DNA of 64,000 nucleotides from a virus. Taxonomy: Duplodnaviria; Heunggongvirae; Uroviricota; Caudoviricetes. The stretch spans positions 29,865-93,864 of the IMG/VR virus record IMGVR_UViG_3300047160_006104. One strand, given 5' to 3'. The translations under genes and the position numbers were made by a program. Under the pieces are notes generated by a model. That model made no database searches and was not told the DNA's origin. It worked only from the letters and a program-made list of their open reading frames with translations. Of the stretch, positions 47,831-57,102 are shown piece after piece; position 1 is the first letter of the stretch, and every line of letters starts with the position of its first letter.

Positions 47831-48054
47831 AACGGCGCCCCACCACGACGCCGGTTCATTCCGTAAAACTCGCCCAAATCGAACTTGTCGCTGGACACCA
47901 ACTCCAGATGGTCCCCGCAGCACGCGTAGCCGTTAGACACCGTGGTCGCCGGAATCATCCGGCCCTGGCTGAAGCAGACACAACAGTGGATCGTGACTTC
48001 AGGGATTTGCCGGAACTGGACTTGCTTGAACTTCACCAGGTCATTCTCACTCAT
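47827..48054 (-). CDS. Cys-rich small protein
   Basis: 'HCCVCFSQ...YACCGDH'. Confidence 0.35.
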   Translation of the reverse strand: MSENDLVKFKQVQFRQIPEVTIHCCVCFSQGRMIPATTVSNGYACCGDHLELVSSDKFDLGEFYGMNRRRGGAPL

Positions 48055-48137
48055 CACCGCGGCCACGTCACCGTCCGACACGCACCACACAGGGCCATCA
48101 TGGATATACGCCACCGAAATGTCATCTGACAATCGGC

Positions 48138-48944
48138 GTGGCGTTCCCAGAAATGACCTACTCGCGGCGTTATCGTGCGCGCATGGCATACAAACTGGGC
48201 TTAAAAGCGCCTGTGCCCGGCGCGATCCCGCTGCGGCTGGCCACCTACATGGACTTCCACCAACTGCCCACCCCACCCGCCGTGTTCGGCCACTACCAGT
48301 TGATCAGCGACTGGGGGATGCTGGCCAACGACCAGCTCGGCGATTGCGCCATCGCCGGCGCCTGCCACCAAACGATGCTGTGGACACTGGAAGGCTCCGG
48401 GGTCGCCGCCTCCTTTGATGACACCGCCGCCATCACCAACTACTCCGCGATCACCGGCTACAACCCCGACGACCCGTCCACCGACGAGGGCACCGCGCTC
48501 GGCCAGCTCGCCGCTTACTGGCGCACTTACGGCATCGTTGACGCCGCCGGCAAACGCCACAAGGTCGCCGCCGTCGTCGATATCAACCCCGGCGACCTAC
48601 GCGAACTGTGGGTGTCCTCGTGGCTGTTCCAAGCCGTCGGCCTCGGGTATCTGATGCCGCAGTCGGCGATGGATCAAACCGCGGCCGGGAAACCCTGGAA
48701 CCCGGTGCGCGGCTCCCCCATCGAAGGAGGTCATTACGTACCACTAATGGGCCGCAACCCCGCCGGCAACGGCGTCATCATCACCTGGGGACAAACCCAA
48801 GAAGTCACCCCCGCCTTCCACAAGAAGTACAACGACCAGGGCATCGCCGCGTTGTCTGAGGAGATGCTGGATAAAGCCGCCAGCGTTGACGGGTTCAACG
48901 AGACGCTACTCAAACAAGACCTGGCCACGATCGGGCTTCCGTGA
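48138..48944 (+). CDS. putative NlpC/P60-like cysteine peptidase (lysis-associated)
   Basis: 'NDQLGDCAIAGACHQTMLW' Cys/His pair. First gene of lysis-side plus-strand block. Start uncertain. Confidence 0.35.
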   Translation: MAFPEMTYSRRYRARMAYKLGLKAPVPGAIPLRLATYMDFHQLPTPPAVFGHYQLISDWGMLANDQLGDCAIAGACHQTMLWTLEGSGVAASFDDTAAITNYSAITGYNPDDPSTDEGTALGQLAAYWRTYGIVDAAGKRHKVAAVVDINPGDLRELWVSSWLFQAVGLGYLMPQSAMDQTAAGKPWNPVRGSPIEGGHYVPLMGRNPAGNGVIITWGQTQEVTPAFHKKYNDQGIAALSEEMLDKAASVDGFNETLLKQDLATIGLP

Positions 48945-49573
48945 CCTGGTGGCACCGCTTGGGCGAGAACAAGCCGATCACGGATCTGCTCGAGCGGGTC
49001 GGCCCACCGTCCATCGACGCCGCCACCGAGCATCCGCTCAGCGACCTGTCGGTGCTCAACCAGTTCAAAGCCGCACCTTTCCCCCCTGGTTATCCCGCCT
49101 ACACACCCACGTTCTACAGCCCGGTCGACGACATTCCATCGGTGTTGCAGACGCTGTTCAGCGGGGCGCAGAAGTCGCTGGTGATCTGCTTTTACGGGTT
49201 CGATGACGAGAAGCTGGCCGACATCATCAAAGAGAAAGCCGAAGATCCTGGTGTCGCGGTACAGATCAGCCTGGATTCCACGCAGGCCGGCGGCGTCCAC
49301 GAGAAAGCCTTGCTGGCCAAGGAAGCGTATCCGTCCTCGTCGGTCGCCGTCGGGCAAAGCGAGAAACACGCCATCATGCACATGAAGCTGGCGATCATCG
49401 ACGGCGTGTACGTGGTGACGGGCAGCACCAACCTGTCGGTGCGCGCCGAAACCGCCCAGGACAACCAACTCACCGTGGTCGGCGATGCTTACGTCGCGGC
49501 CGAGGCGCGGGCACGCTGCGACGCGATCCACTTCAACATGCTCAACCAAATGCACGCCAAGGGGTTGCGCTAA
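48941..49573 (+). CDS. phospholipase D / Nuc-family single-HKD protein
   Basis: 'HMKLAIIDGVYVVTGSTNLS' = HxK(x)4D(x)6GSxN motif, single copy. 210 aa. ATGA coupled. Confidence 0.65.
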   Translation: MTWWHRLGENKPITDLLERVGPPSIDAATEHPLSDLSVLNQFKAAPFPPGYPAYTPTFYSPVDDIPSVLQTLFSGAQKSLVICFYGFDDEKLADIIKEKAEDPGVAVQISLDSTQAGGVHEKALLAKEAYPSSSVAVGQSEKHAIMHMKLAIIDGVYVVTGSTNLSVRAETAQDNQLTVVGDAYVAAEARARCDAIHFNMLNQMHAKGLR

Positions 49574-51024
49574 TGCTGCTCAGGTCCAACGTCGAATTTT
49601 CTAAACGGGTTTTTCTCGACCGTTTAACGTGTGACAATGGCCAGCCGCTAGTACAACCCGCAGACATTGACGCTGGCCCCGGCGACCTTTATGAATATGG
49701 CGGCTGCTTCGATGCGTTCAATTTTGGTACTGGTGCGGATTGCTCCGGCTGCGTAGGAATTGTCACTGCGGCGGCGCTGAACGGCACGGCGATGCAATGG
49801 CAACGCTATTTCTCGACCGAAACCTTCCCCAACGGTTTCCATAATTTTCAGCAGGTGTCCCAGCAGGCGTGCATCAACTCGAAGTCGCCGATCAAGGTGA
49901 TGATCATGCACGGGGGTGGCGGCCCCAACAGCCATATGGCGTGTCAGATCGACGGCTGGGACATGGAGTCCAACGGTGATTTCGGCGTGTGCACCGACCC
50001 GCCGGAGATCACCGGCCTGACCAGCGACTACTGGAATGACTGGTGGATCTCGACGGACACCATCTCCGAGGACACCACCTACCGGACGCCGAGAACCTAC
50101 CCGCTCGGGCTGGACTATGCGGGCGGGCGCATCGCCGGCGCCGACCTCAAGGCGGCCGGGGTCGCGTTCGTGTGCCGCTACCTGTCCGACGGCGGCACCA
50201 GCTTGCCGAACAAGCAGTTGCAGCCGGCCGAGGCTGCGGACCTGATGGCTAACGGCATCGAGATCGTCTCCAACTGGGAAACGAACGCGCAGATGATGCT
50301 CGGCGGCTATCAGCAGGGCATCACCGACGCGAACGCGGCCCGCGCCCAGCAGGTGGCCTGCGGCGGCCCACCCGGCGCGACGGTGTATTTCAGCGCCGAC
50401 TTCGACGCGGCACCCACCCAGCAGACCGCGATCAACCAGTATTTGCAGGGCTGCTGCGACGCCCTCGGCGGTCCCGGTCACGTCGGGATTTACGGCTCCT
50501 ACTACGTGGGTATGCGCGCACTGAACGCCGGGGTGTGCTCGTACTTCTGGCAGACCGAAGCCTGGAGCGGGGGCAGCGTCGACTCAAGGGTAGCGATCAT
50601 TCAACGCAACCAGGTCGGCTATAAGACCGTGTCCGGTGTGCAGTGCGACATCAACGAGGCACACGCCGACGACATCGGCCAATGGCATAACTATGTGATC
50701 ACCCCGCCGGCCCCGTCGCCGGTTCCTGATCCGGGTGGCCCGCCCGACTATGCCGTCCTGGCGTATGAGCAGTTAGCCGGGCCGCGTGGCCTTAATGGAT
50801 ACGGCGTAGGGTGGTCTCAGCTCAACGGGCACACCTTGGTGGATGCGATCGCTGAGATCGGTCAGCATCTGGGTTTGGCGGGTTATGCGCCGCCGGTTCC
50901 GCCTGCCACGCCACCACCCGCACCGCCGGCTCCCCCAAGCCCGGCGGTGTCCACCCGGCGTGGCAGGCCCCCAGCCAAAAAAACCCCGGCCAAAAAGACC
51001 GCGGCGAGAGGTACACGGAAATGA
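49573..51024 (+). CDS. lysA: endolysin Lysin A (NlpC/P60-like peptidase + DUF1906/GH25-like glycoside hydrolase + Pro-rich basic tail)
   Basis: 'GADCSGCVGIV' peptidase motif. Central 'LDYAGGRIAGADLKAAGVAFVCRYLSDGG...YFWQTEAWSGG' Rv2525c-like glycosidase domain. Position next to lysB. Confidence 0.75.
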   Translation: MLLRSNVEFSKRVFLDRLTCDNGQPLVQPADIDAGPGDLYEYGGCFDAFNFGTGADCSGCVGIVTAAALNGTAMQWQRYFSTETFPNGFHNFQQVSQQACINSKSPIKVMIMHGGGGPNSHMACQIDGWDMESNGDFGVCTDPPEITGLTSDYWNDWWISTDTISEDTTYRTPRTYPLGLDYAGGRIAGADLKAAGVAFVCRYLSDGGTSLPNKQLQPAEAADLMANGIEIVSNWETNAQMMLGGYQQGITDANAARAQQVACGGPPGATVYFSADFDAAPTQQTAINQYLQGCCDALGGPGHVGIYGSYYVGMRALNAGVCSYFWQTEAWSGGSVDSRVAIIQRNQVGYKTVSGVQCDINEAHADDIGQWHNYVITPPAPSPVPDPGGPPDYAVLAYEQLAGPRGLNGYGVGWSQLNGHTLVDAIAEIGQHLGLAGYAPPVPPATPPPAPPAPPSPAVSTRRGRPPAKKTPAKKTAARGTRK

Positions 51025-51404
51025 CCACACCCGATGACATCCAGGCCGACATCTCCGGCGTCGCACCACCTGAAGCACCTAATGCCGGCGACCCGCAGCC
51101 GTGGCGGTTAGTGAAAGCCCGATGGCCGCGCAACATCGGCGACATCGTCAACGACCCCAACCGCGGCCCATGGACCAGCAACCACAACGGCAAACCGTAC
51201 CAAGGAACCTTCGACGCTTACGAGCAGCAGGTCTGCGTCGCCGAACAGCTCGCCTGGACACACAAATTCTCCGACGGCATCGTCCGCGACCCCGGCGACA
51301 TCCTCATCGAACTCATGGAATTCGTGATCGCGTGGAGGGCTACCCAGGCGCCGCCGCCAGTGAAAGCACCAGCACCCGACGCTGGGCGGAAGCGAAGATG
51401 GTGA
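51021..51404 (+). CDS. hypothetical protein
   Basis: 127 aa, ATGA-coupled to lysA. Confidence 0.45.
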   Translation: MTTPDDIQADISGVAPPEAPNAGDPQPWRLVKARWPRNIGDIVNDPNRGPWTSNHNGKPYQGTFDAYEQQVCVAEQLAWTHKFSDGIVRDPGDILIELMEFVIAWRATQAPPPVKAPAPDAGRKRRW

Positions 51405-51892
51405 CCGAACGCTGGCTGCCCATCGCTGGATACCGAGGTTTCTACGAGGTCTCGGACCATGGCCGCGTGCGCTCAATAGACCGAACGGTGATCACCAAGC
51501 GTGGACCGTGGCGATATCGCGGACGGCCGCTAAAACCATGGAAGCGAGACGACGACCACTTCACGGTTCGTATGGATCATCAGCACGTCCGCATTCACAG
51601 ACTCGTCCTAGAAGCCTTTGTCGGTCCATGCCCAGACGGGATGGAAGCCTGCCACAACGATGGGAACCCGGCGAACAATCACCTGAGCAACTTGCGGTGG
51701 GATACACGCCGGGAAAACATCCTTGATGCGATCAAGCACGGATCACACCATTGGGCCAAGAAGAGTCATTGCCCGCTGGGGCATCCATACAGTACAGATA
51801 ACACTTATGTGACCGTCCGGCGCAGCGGATATGTAACACGACGTTGTAAAACATGCCATAAGGCAGAAGCTCGGCGCCGGAGGGCAGCATGA
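51398..51892 (+). CDS. HNH homing endonuclease (NUMOD4 N-terminus) between lysA and lysB
   Basis: 'WLPIAGYRGFYEVSDHGRVRSIDR'. 'CHNDGNPANNHLSNLRWDTRRENI' HNH. Confidence 0.65.
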   Translation: MVTERWLPIAGYRGFYEVSDHGRVRSIDRTVITKRGPWRYRGRPLKPWKRDDDHFTVRMDHQHVRIHRLVLEAFVGPCPDGMEACHNDGNPANNHLSNLRWDTRRENILDAIKHGSHHWAKKSHCPLGHPYSTDNTYVTVRRSGYVTRRCKTCHKAEARRRRAA

Positions 51893-52707
51893 CGCCGCAA
51901 CCGGTACTGTTCACTGTCACGGGCACGGGCGTGCCGGACGGTTTTGGCCCAGGGTTCAGCGCTGATGTAGGCCGGGCGTTCGCCTATGATCCTTGGGCCG
52001 CGCTCGCCGCGAACACCGCTGGGGTCATCTACAGCACACCTGTGTATTGGCAGCCCTGTTCCTACCCGGCGGCTGTGTATCCGATGCAACCATCGGTGCA
52101 AGCGGGCCGCGCGGAAGTCTGCCGCCAGATAGGATTACGCCCGCAGGGAACTCCCATATTTCTCTCAGGATACTCACAGGGCGCTATGGTGACCAACGCC
52201 GTCTGGGTATCCGACATCCTTTCACCCAATGGCAGCCTCCACGATCGGCTGACCGATGTGAAAGGCATCATCCAATTCGGTGACCCCAACCGCTGCCCAG
52301 GTGTGGCGCACGGCAACGAAGTAGCGGGCCTGGCATTACCCACTACGAAGGACGGTGTGGTGACAGGTGGGATCGCTGGTCCTGGCGATCTGCGGCCCAG
52401 CCAGACGCCGCCATTTCTGCTCTCCGCAGCGAACGATGGTGACCTGTACGCGGCTTGTCCGGTGGGAGCCAATCCGTGGTCGTCGGAATCGCCGGCCGGG
52501 AAAACGGAGACGGGGATTTTCAACATTGTGCAGGCCGCGACGTTTTTCGATGTGGTCGCGGTGGCGGAGGATTTGGGTCGGCCGGTGGGTACGATTGAGG
52601 CGTTGTGGAATGGGATGGTGTTCGCCAGCGAAGGAACAAACGCTCCTCACTGGAGGTACTCACCCTTTGTGCCGGCGATGGTCGACTGGATCAACAAGCA
52701 GATATGA
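51889..52707 (+). CDS. lysB: Lysin B mycolylarabinogalactan esterase (cutinase-like)
   Basis: 'FLSGYSQGAMV' G-Y-S-Q-G serine esterase motif. Overall LysB-like. Confidence 0.75.
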   Translation: MTPQPVLFTVTGTGVPDGFGPGFSADVGRAFAYDPWAALAANTAGVIYSTPVYWQPCSYPAAVYPMQPSVQAGRAEVCRQIGLRPQGTPIFLSGYSQGAMVTNAVWVSDILSPNGSLHDRLTDVKGIIQFGDPNRCPGVAHGNEVAGLALPTTKDGVVTGGIAGPGDLRPSQTPPFLLSAANDGDLYAACPVGANPWSSESPAGKTETGIFNIVQAATFFDVVAVAEDLGRPVGTIEALWNGMVFASEGTNAPHWRYSPFVPAMVDWINKQI

Positions 52708-52717
52708 GCGGGGCCGC

Positions 52718-53062
52718 ATGACTATTTGGGATGACATTGGTGCTGTGATCCGGCAGTACCTTTCGCCGTTGCCGTCGGCCAGCACTGACCGGCTGCAGCG
52801 CGCCTTGAGTGATCTTGAGGCGCTTGTTCCCACCGCAGAAAAGGAAGAAGGAAAGATGACAACACCTAACCCCGTTCAGATCGACCAAGGCGATTTGGAC
52901 AGTTTCGCGGCCTCGTTTGAGGCGGTGAAGACTTCGTTGGCGGGTTACATCGCGACGCTGCAGGCCAATCAGGCTGCGCCGCTGTCGGCGGCTGACGAGA
53001 CCGGCCTGAATCAGGCTCTGTCTGACCTGCAAGGCCTTGAGCCGCCCGCGCCATCGGCATGA
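52718..53062 (+). CDS. small coiled-coil protein (paralog 1)
   Basis: 'IDQGDLDSFAASFEAVKTSLAG' shared with next gene. Confidence 0.45.
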   Translation: MTIWDDIGAVIRQYLSPLPSASTDRLQRALSDLEALVPTAEKEEGKMTTPNPVQIDQGDLDSFAASFEAVKTSLAGYIATLQANQAAPLSAADETGLNQALSDLQGLEPPAPSA

Positions 53063-53364
53063 CCGTCCCCATCGCCATCGCGGACCTGCTCGGTGAGCCG
53101 CAATGGGCCAAGGACTGGGCCACTGTGTTAACGCAGGGCCAGGCACAACTCGCGCAGGGGCAGGCGCAGATTGTGCAGCAATTGAACACCATCTCACAGA
53201 AAGTTGATGAACTCATGGCAGCAGTACAGATTGATCAGGCTGATCTCGACAGCATCGCGGCGTCGGTGGAAGCCGTAGCGACGGCGGTGTCGAGTCTCAC
53301 GGAGCCGTTGCAGAACGCGTTGAACACTGCGCAGGGCAACGTCACCCCGCCTCCCGCGCCCTAG
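53059..53364 (+). CDS. small coiled-coil protein (paralog 2)
   Basis: 'IDQADLDSIAASVEAVATAVSS'. ATGA-coupled. Confidence 0.45.
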   Translation: MTVPIAIADLLGEPQWAKDWATVLTQGQAQLAQGQAQIVQQLNTISQKVDELMAAVQIDQADLDSIAASVEAVATAVSSLTEPLQNALNTAQGNVTPPPAP

Positions 53365-53381
53365 AAAGGGGGAGTACAGAG

Positions 53382-53600
53382 ATGACAGAGTCTGAGTTGG
53401 CGGTGGCGGCGCCGGAGGAACTCGCGTTGAGTTTGTCGGGGTTGGATGTGTCGGGTTTGATCGGTAACGCTGAGAGCGTGATCGGTTTGTTGTCGACGGT
53501 GCTGGGTTTGGTGGCGAAGGTGCCGGGTCCGCAGCAGGCGGCGGCGGCGGATGCGGTCAAAGTGTTGCAGGGGTTGGAGACGATCCTGGGCAAGCTATAA
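53382..53600 (+). CDS. small protein with one weak hydrophobic segment (holin candidate, weak)
   Basis: 'VIGLLSTVLGLVAKV'. Last gene before terminator. Confidence 0.35.
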   Translation: MTESELAVAAPEELALSLSGLDVSGLIGNAESVIGLLSTVLGLVAKVPGPQQAAAADAVKVLQGLETILGKL

Positions 53601-53614
53601 GCGCCGCAAGAAAG

Positions 53615-53677
53615 CGCCTCGGCCCGGGAGGATTGGAACAGACAAGAACCAGACTCACCGGGCCGAGGCGGTTTTTA
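53615..53677. terminator. bidirectional rho-independent terminator (loop contains GGATTGGAACAGACA motif)
   Basis: GCCTCGGCCCGG ... CCGGGCCGAGGC stem followed by GTTTTT. Confidence 0.6.
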
Positions 53678-53691
53678 AGTTTAACGTATTT

Positions 53692-54060
53692 TTAGTCTCT
53701 GAACAGGTGGGCGAGGCGTAGGTGTGACATGAGGTGTTCGGCGTGGCGGAAGGTGTGGGCTAGGCGTGCTGAGCGGACGGCTTGTACGAGTAGCAGGTTG
53801 CCGGTGGCCGGGATCAGCGCGACCGCGATCACTAGCACATCGAAGATGAGCCATTTGTCGGCCAGGATGGTGCGTGGGTTCCAGCCGTGTCGGTGCATTT
53901 GGATGCCTGCGGTGGTGCCGAAGAACAGCAGGAAGCAGTAGTGGGCGTATTCGAATGCTTCGGGTTCGTCGCAGGCCCAGCCGGTGAGGGTGATGATGAA
54001 GCTGATGATGGTGGCGGCTAGGACGATGGTTTCGAATCGGCTGCGCCGGTGGGTGATCAT
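53692..54060 (-). CDS. three-TM membrane protein
   Basis: 'IVLAATIISFIITLTGW', 'YCFLLFFGTTAGI', 'LIFDVLVIAVALIPATGNLLLV'. Confidence 0.45.
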   Translation of the reverse strand: MITHRRSRFETIVLAATIISFIITLTGWACDEPEAFEYAHYCFLLFFGTTAGIQMHRHGWNPRTILADKWLIFDVLVIAVALIPATGNLLLVQAVRSARLAHTFRHAEHLMSHLRLAHLFRD

Positions 54061-54545
54061 GTGATCCACCGTTCTATGCGTTGGTATCCGGCGGTGCTGT
54101 GGGTCCAGTGGTAGACCCAAGCGGCGACGCCGTTGATGGTTTGGGTGGGGATGCGTTCGAACAGGTACGGGTGTCCTTCGATGTCGTCGAGGATGGGAAG
54201 TACGATGTCGACGGTTTCGGGTTTGAGGGTGACGGTGTATCCGGGGATGTGGGGGTAGGAGAATGTGGTGATGACGGCTGCGGGCCAGCCGTAGCCGGTG
54301 TCGTAGAGTTCGCCGTTGATGGCGTCGGCGGTGTGGTTGTCGCAGTAGGGTTCTAGTGTGGTCCAGCGGTGTTGGCCTGGGGCGAGTGTTCCGTAGATAA
54401 ACACCTTCGTCATATAACGCCCGAGTAGCTCCTCATCCTCGGGGGTTAGAACTCTTGGCTCCCTTACCTTTTCGATGTAGCGCCTACCCAGGTCTACGAG
54501 CGGCTGGGCGTCCTCGTACGTGATCGCGCTGCGCTTTTCACCCAT
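54057..54545 (-). CDS. gamma-glutamyl cyclotransferase / AIG2-like protein
   Basis: 'KVFIYGTLAPGQ' GGCT-fold signature. Confidence 0.5.
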   Translation of the reverse strand: MGEKRSAITYEDAQPLVDLGRRYIEKVREPRVLTPEDEELLGRYMTKVFIYGTLAPGQHRWTTLEPYCDNHTADAINGELYDTGYGWPAAVITTFSYPHIPGYTVTLKPETVDIVLPILDDIEGHPYLFERIPTQTINGVAAWVYHWTHSTAGYQRIERWIT

Positions 54546-54864
54546 CCTCATCCTCATCGTCATCGTCGTCGTTCAACGGTTCCCCGCAACCCACACAATG
54601 CTCAGCGTGTTCTTCCGCGCGACCGGCCGCATAAATCAACAACCCGGCCAAATCACGCGCCTCCCGCGGAGTCATTTGCAACAAGAACGGATAAACAGCA
54701 TGATCCTCATCGACGGCATCGTCAGGCGGATAAATCGGGCACTCCACCCGCCCTTGATGGATATAGACGCCCATCACCTCGTCGGTGAGCATTTCGAAAA
54801 TCCCGATCCGCGTCGGTTTCTCGTCGAACTGCCGCTCAAACGGCAACATCTTCTCATCACTCAT
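54538..54864 (-). CDS. acidic hypothetical protein (Asp/Glu tail, CVGCGE)
   Basis: ORF 54538..54927 with probable internal start MSDEK. Confidence 0.4.
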   Translation of the reverse strand: MSDEKMLPFERQFDEKPTRIGIFEMLTDEVMGVYIHQGRVECPIYPPDDAVDEDHAVYPFLLQMTPREARDLAGLLIYAAGRAEEHAEHCVGCGEPLNDDDDDEDEDG

Positions 54865-55537
54865 CGCTGTCCGCCTAAACCCATTCCTCGTCATCGCCCA
54901 GCAGTTCCTCAAGGTTGTCGCCCTCACTAGCTGGGCTCATCGTGATTTGTCCGATGATCGACATCAGACACGACGAAGTCGAGGAAGGCTGTCCCGGTCT
55001 CCCCATCAGCCAGAAGGTCGGAAACCAGTCCTTCCCAATCACTTTCGTCTTTGACTTTCACATCGCTTCCCAGACATCAGCCAAGTCATTGGCGCACTTC
55101 TCTATCACGGCGGCATCACGACGCAGACTGTCGCGGCGTTTCAGCAAATCATCGATCACCACTTGCAGGCTGTCGGCCTGACAGTCCAACATCTTGGCAG
55201 TCAATCGCAGCCGTGCCTCAGTGGCTGACAGTGTGCCGGTCATCTCATCCTTTTTCATCACTTCATCCGATTCATCCCGAGTATCCAGCGGTAAATCCCG
55301 TAGCAGATGACGCAGAGCCCCGCGAGAGCCAGCAGCAGAGTAATCATGTGACGTAAAGCTCTCTAGACAGGAAGATGAGAGCACTGACCACCCCACCCAA
55401 ACCCAGCGTGACTGTCTTGCCTGAGTTGTCGTACACAATTGTCGGCCGGTCCATGAGTCGGTGAATACCCGTTCCTCGGCGCCACCGCAGGCGCCGCAGG
55501 TTTTCGGTAACGGTCGCGAAAGGTTGGCCATACACCC

Positions 55538-55732
55538 TTACATCTCATCCTCGTCGACGTCGGCTTCGCGGGCAGCGCGAGCGCAGCACGCGGCCACCAC
55601 ATCAGCATCCATGTCGGCCGCTAACTCCTCGGACCGCTCAACAGCAGCCGCCAAGTCGTCATCGTTATCAGCCCTGATGATCCTCACCAGCACTTCAACA
55701 AATTCCCTCTCCGCAGCGGTTAACTTCACCAT
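55538..55732 (-). CDS. small acidic protein
   Basis: 64-aa ORF. Confidence 0.35.
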   Translation of the reverse strand: MVKLTAAEREFVEVLVRIIRADNDDDLAAAVERSEELAADMDADVVAACCARAAREADVDEDEM

Positions 55733-55778
55733 TTCTCTACTCCTAACTTTTCAAAAATTTTTCGAGCAACCGACTTTT

Positions 55779-56102
55779 TTAGGCCAGCAGGCCCGCGGTT
55801 TTCAGGTGGTTGGTTCCCATTACCCGCAGGGTGGCCCGGTCATCCACACTCAGCCGTCCCAGCCCCGGCAGCACATACCCTTGGGGATAGGTGTAGAAGC
55901 TGCGCACGATATAACCGTTCGCGGACAGCACCTGGGTACGCAGCGTGCCGCACTCATGCAGACACGCGAACACCCGATGAATCTCTCTGTCTTTACGGCT
56001 GATCCGCACATCGTGAGCACGCCACGCATGCCCATAGTCGCGGCACTGCAAAAACATGTCGGCTATGTCGTCGATCGTGTGATGCGGCTTCTCTTTAGCC
56101 AT
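55779..56102 (-). CDS. hypothetical protein
   Basis: Start MAKEK. RBS GAGAGGAACACAGG. Confidence 0.4.
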   Translation of the reverse strand: MAKEKPHHTIDDIADMFLQCRDYGHAWRAHDVRISRKDREIHRVFACLHECGTLRTQVLSANGYIVRSFYTYPQGYVLPGLGRLSVDDRATLRVMGTNHLKTAGLLA

Positions 56103-56722
56103 TAACCTGTGTTCCTCTCGTGTGCTGCGTTGTAGGCGGCGAGAACTTCGCCCTTGATCTGGCCGGTGGCTGCTTGGTCGAGGTCTGGCCGGTGCCGAAT
56201 CGCCCAACGCCGAACCTTGCTCCGCTCGGTCTTAGACAGCCCCAAACGGTCCTGATCGCCAATCAGAGCGCTCAGCGGAACTTCACCGTTATACCGGCCG
56301 GCCGCTTCACGGACCTGCTGCGCGGTGACCGACTCAATATCCTGGGTGACCCAACCCGTCCCCTCCAGAATCGGATCCTCAGGATGAACCTGCGCGTAAG
56401 CGTCGATGAGGTTTTGCTTCGGCAATCCCTTCATCCCCACCTCGAAACCCTGCTGTCTGCCCCAGGCTTTGATGCGGTCGCGTTGCGCTTTCTCCGCGCG
56501 GCCCTCGACCGACTTACGCGTGCTGCGCCGCAGCACCGGAGCGGCACGCGGCACTATCCGCGCCGCTGCGATCCAGCGCGCCACGTCGGCGTCGAACTCG
56601 CTTTCATGGGCACTGGTCAGGTCGATCTCGTAGTCGACACCTTTGACGCTGAACAGCACGGTGGCGTCGGCCAGCGACTCCTGATCCAGGTCGTCGCGGA
56701 TACGGATAACGACTTCACGCAT
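56102..56722 (-). CDS. Lsr2-like nucleoid-associated protein with duplicated C-terminal DNA-binding domain
   Basis: N-term 'VVIRIRDDLDQESLADATVLFSVKGVDYEIDL' = Lsr2 dimerisation domain. 'RIKAWGRQQGFEVGMKGLPKQNLIDAYAQV' and 'VRRWAIRHRPDLDQAATGQIKGEVLAAYNAAH' = two Lsr2-type DBDs. Confidence 0.65.
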   Translation of the reverse strand: MREVVIRIRDDLDQESLADATVLFSVKGVDYEIDLTSAHESEFDADVARWIAAARIVPRAAPVLRRSTRKSVEGRAEKAQRDRIKAWGRQQGFEVGMKGLPKQNLIDAYAQVHPEDPILEGTGWVTQDIESVTAQQVREAAGRYNGEVPLSALIGDQDRLGLSKTERSKVRRWAIRHRPDLDQAATGQIKGEVLAAYNAAHERNTG

Positions 56723-57014
56723 CGTTAGGGGCTGCTTTCTTCTCTAGGCGTTTTTTCTGCCGGTATTCGGCTGCGGCTTTGCGACACAGGTCGCACGCGC
56801 ATTTGTAATTCACGTAACCGACTAGCGAGCCATGGAGGTGCTCAGGGCATTCGTTGTCGGGGTCTTCGCGCCAGGCGTTGATGACTTTGTTGCGGTGTTT
56901 GCGGCGGCAGTCCTCGGAGCAGGTGATTGGCACTCCGCCGGGACGTGGTGGCACCACGTAGGGTTTTCCGCATTCGATGCAGATCATGTGGCGGGGGCCA
57001 GAGCGTTTGGGCAT
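56715..57014 (-). CDS. Cys-rich zinc-finger protein
   Basis: 'CIECG..CSEDC..C..C..C'. Confidence 0.45.
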   Translation of the reverse strand: MPKRSGPRHMICIECGKPYVVPPRPGGVPITCSEDCRRKHRNKVINAWREDPDNECPEHLHGSLVGYVNYKCACDLCRKAAAEYRQKKRLEKKAAPNDA

Positions 57015-57102
57015 TGGTTTCCTTCCGGTCCATTAGATTATACCTTCCCACTAACATGTCTAGCCACGCCCACATTCCCAGCGGTACACCGCGACCGCAG
57101 CA

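Noticed and set aside
49648-50481. 277-aa minus-strand ORF
   Set aside because: Antisense to LysA.
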